Shown here in pieces: positions 62,401 through 64,000 of a DNA stretch of 64,000 nt. The stretch comes from Amoebophrya sp. A120 (Eukaryota; Protista; Dinoflagellata): assembly GCA_905178155.1 (NCBI GenBank), contig CAJINV010000006.1, forward strand, positions 3,222,437 through 3,286,436, written 5' to 3'. Made by a program: the position numbers and the translations under genes. The notes under the pieces are model-generated. The model was not told the origin of the DNA, did not search any database, and worked only from the letters and a program-made list of their open reading frames with translations. Each line of letters begins with the position of its first letter. The first letter of the stretch is position 1.

Positions 62401-64000
62401 ATCCAGCAAGAAGCCCCCACTTCTACCCCCGCAGGTACAGCAGCAAGACGAAACGGTCGGGCAAGTCGACTCCGCCGGTAGGCTGATATCAAATACAAAT
62501 ATGTCTGGGTCTGGAAGAATGCAGGAGTTTGTCATGCAGATTAAGCATGACCCATGAGATCTGTGATGCATGCCCGAGCATCACAGGTTTTGAGCAGGTA
62601 CCCCAATGCCTAATCCGCATGACAAATCCCCTCTTTCAGTGACAAGAAGCGGGTCCTTTTGCTGGCGGTGCATGACAGATCTCGGCATGCTGTAGAATTC
62701 GCATCACAATTTCGAATCCTTCCAGACCCAGACACATTTGCAATGCATAACTGAAGGGCGCGATCAAAAAGGCGCCGGATAAGGTTTTCAAAAATTTGAA
62801 ATTCCTATGCACCGCAAAAGTATCGTACTAGTAGGAATCGCATCACAAATGTCCTCAGCATGAGAAATGAAATTTGTCATGCGGACGCAACGTGACAGAA
62901 AATTTTGTAATGCACAAATGCGATTACTCTTACTGCGCGATGCTCTTGCAATGCATAACTCCACGATTTTGGCAACGTGCTGATTATCGAGGCCTGCACC
63001 TTTGACAAAAAAGAACTGGCTATGATTTCCTGGCGGACGTTAGGCGGAAGTGTGGAAGCCGGGTGTATCTGTAATCGGAAATATGTGAGCCTGGATCTGT
63101 TTTTCAAAAGAGAAGAGGAGGCGGATTTTAGAAAAAGAAGCAGAGCTGGGGCAGAAGTACTCAAGAAGCGCGGAGATGGTCGGGGCACAGAAGGAGAAGA
63201 AGTAGAAGACGGCGCGAAAAAATTGCAGCTTCTACCCGGTCGTGGCCCGCCCAGCGGCCACGACGACAATTCCACCTCTCCAACTGAGCTGTTCCCCGGT
63301 TGCCACGAGGTCCCCATTCACCTTCCCTTCCGTACTGCCAAGCACGCGGGAGACGAAATTTGTCCCGCCGTGCTGCAGATGGCCGCGTCGCAGACGGCGA
63401 TGTTGTACGCATTTGAGCTGCTGGTGAAGTATCAACTGTAAAAATGTCTGGGTCTGGAAGAATTCATGTTTGTCATGCTTGTCTGGCATGACTCTTAAAT
63501 CTGTCATGGACGTTATCCAAGAGCTCCGTTTTTCTGTGAACCAGAAGCGCAGTTTGTCATGCAGAATAGGCAACACCTAGGAGCTCAGAAACTTGTCATG
63601 CTGAGCCAGCATTTGTAGCCTCATCACGAGACGCCACCCAGCATCACAAGTTCCCAGACCCAGACACTTTTACTTTTGATATGAAGCGGTTGGAGCCAAA
63701 TTTGCTTTTGAGCTACGACATCCCGGAGGGCCTGGGGCTGGTGATGTACCACGGGAGGAAGGAAAACATGCAGGTGAGACTGTCGAGAGTGCCCGCGGAG
63801 GAAAGAAGTTTCATCAATCCTTCTTTCGTTGCTGCTAGTGGTGGTGCTGTGGGACGACCAGGGACCGGAACAGGCGGTCCGAGGCCGGGGGGCGTGCAGC
63901 AGGTAGGCTTCAACCGAGGTGGTCAATTTTCAGGACTAGGACAACATCAAACTGCACCGATGCAGCAGTTGAACCAGTTTGCACAGCAGCTGCCTTACGG
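56413..64000 (+). CDS. REV3: 5' portion of a DNA polymerase zeta catalytic subunit (REV3-like), running off the window; 7 introners
   Basis: PVVRIFG..GCVYIRDFHPFVY, FQLFEAHIPYNLHFL..GMGWI, CDIEVEL, LKGLWIEE, a long disordered insert, then LVKRLEPNLLLSYDI..LSRVP, matching REV3 N-terminal and exonuclease-like motifs; start uncertain. Confidence 0.75.
57062..57297. mobile_element. Introner, family H
   Basis: TSD tttcc/cttcc. Confidence 0.85.
58041..58203. mobile_element. Introner, family B
   Basis: TSD agcaa. Confidence 0.9.
59965..60251. mobile_element. Introner, family C, inverted relative to 28497/32211/60319
   Basis: TSD tacgt/tacct; body is the reverse complement of the sibling copies. 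Confidence 0.93.
60319..60597. mobile_element. Introner, family C (young copy)
   Basis: TSD caaca. Confidence 0.95.
62487..62749. mobile_element. Introner, family A
   Basis: TSD gctga/actga. Confidence 0.9.
62806..62957. mobile_element. Introner, family B
   Basis: TSD attcc/actcc. Confidence 0.87.
63430..63681. mobile_element. Introner, family A
   Basis: TSD tgaag; restores LVKRLEPNLLLSY. Confidence 0.92.

Overview
Eukaryotic, gene-dense window with all recognisable genes on the + strand. The architecture closely resembles what has been reported for the parasitic dinoflagellate Amoebophrya (Syndiniales); this assignment is an inference. Seven protein genes are visible: two tandem paralogues of an unknown Cys-rich membrane protein, an intronless basic 20-aa-repeat protein, a formin (FH1+FH2), a PRTase-like protein, a cullin apparently carrying a ~1,200-aa acidic N-terminal extension, and the 5' part of a REV3-like DNA polymerase zeta. 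The dominant feature is about 85 non-canonical, MITE-like 'introner' insertions (about 135-325 bp) in coding exons. They follow one rule: 5-bp target-site duplication (TSD) + 5'-TAT...ATA-3' termini + family-specific terminal inverted repeats (TIRs) + many internal TGTNATGC/GCATNACA motifs. Where I translated the junctions, removing the element plus one TSD copy restores the reading frame. The elements occur in both orientations, fall into at least 8 TIR families (my labels A-H) and are absent from the intergenic spacers. Coordinates were counted by eye and may be off by 1-2 nt.
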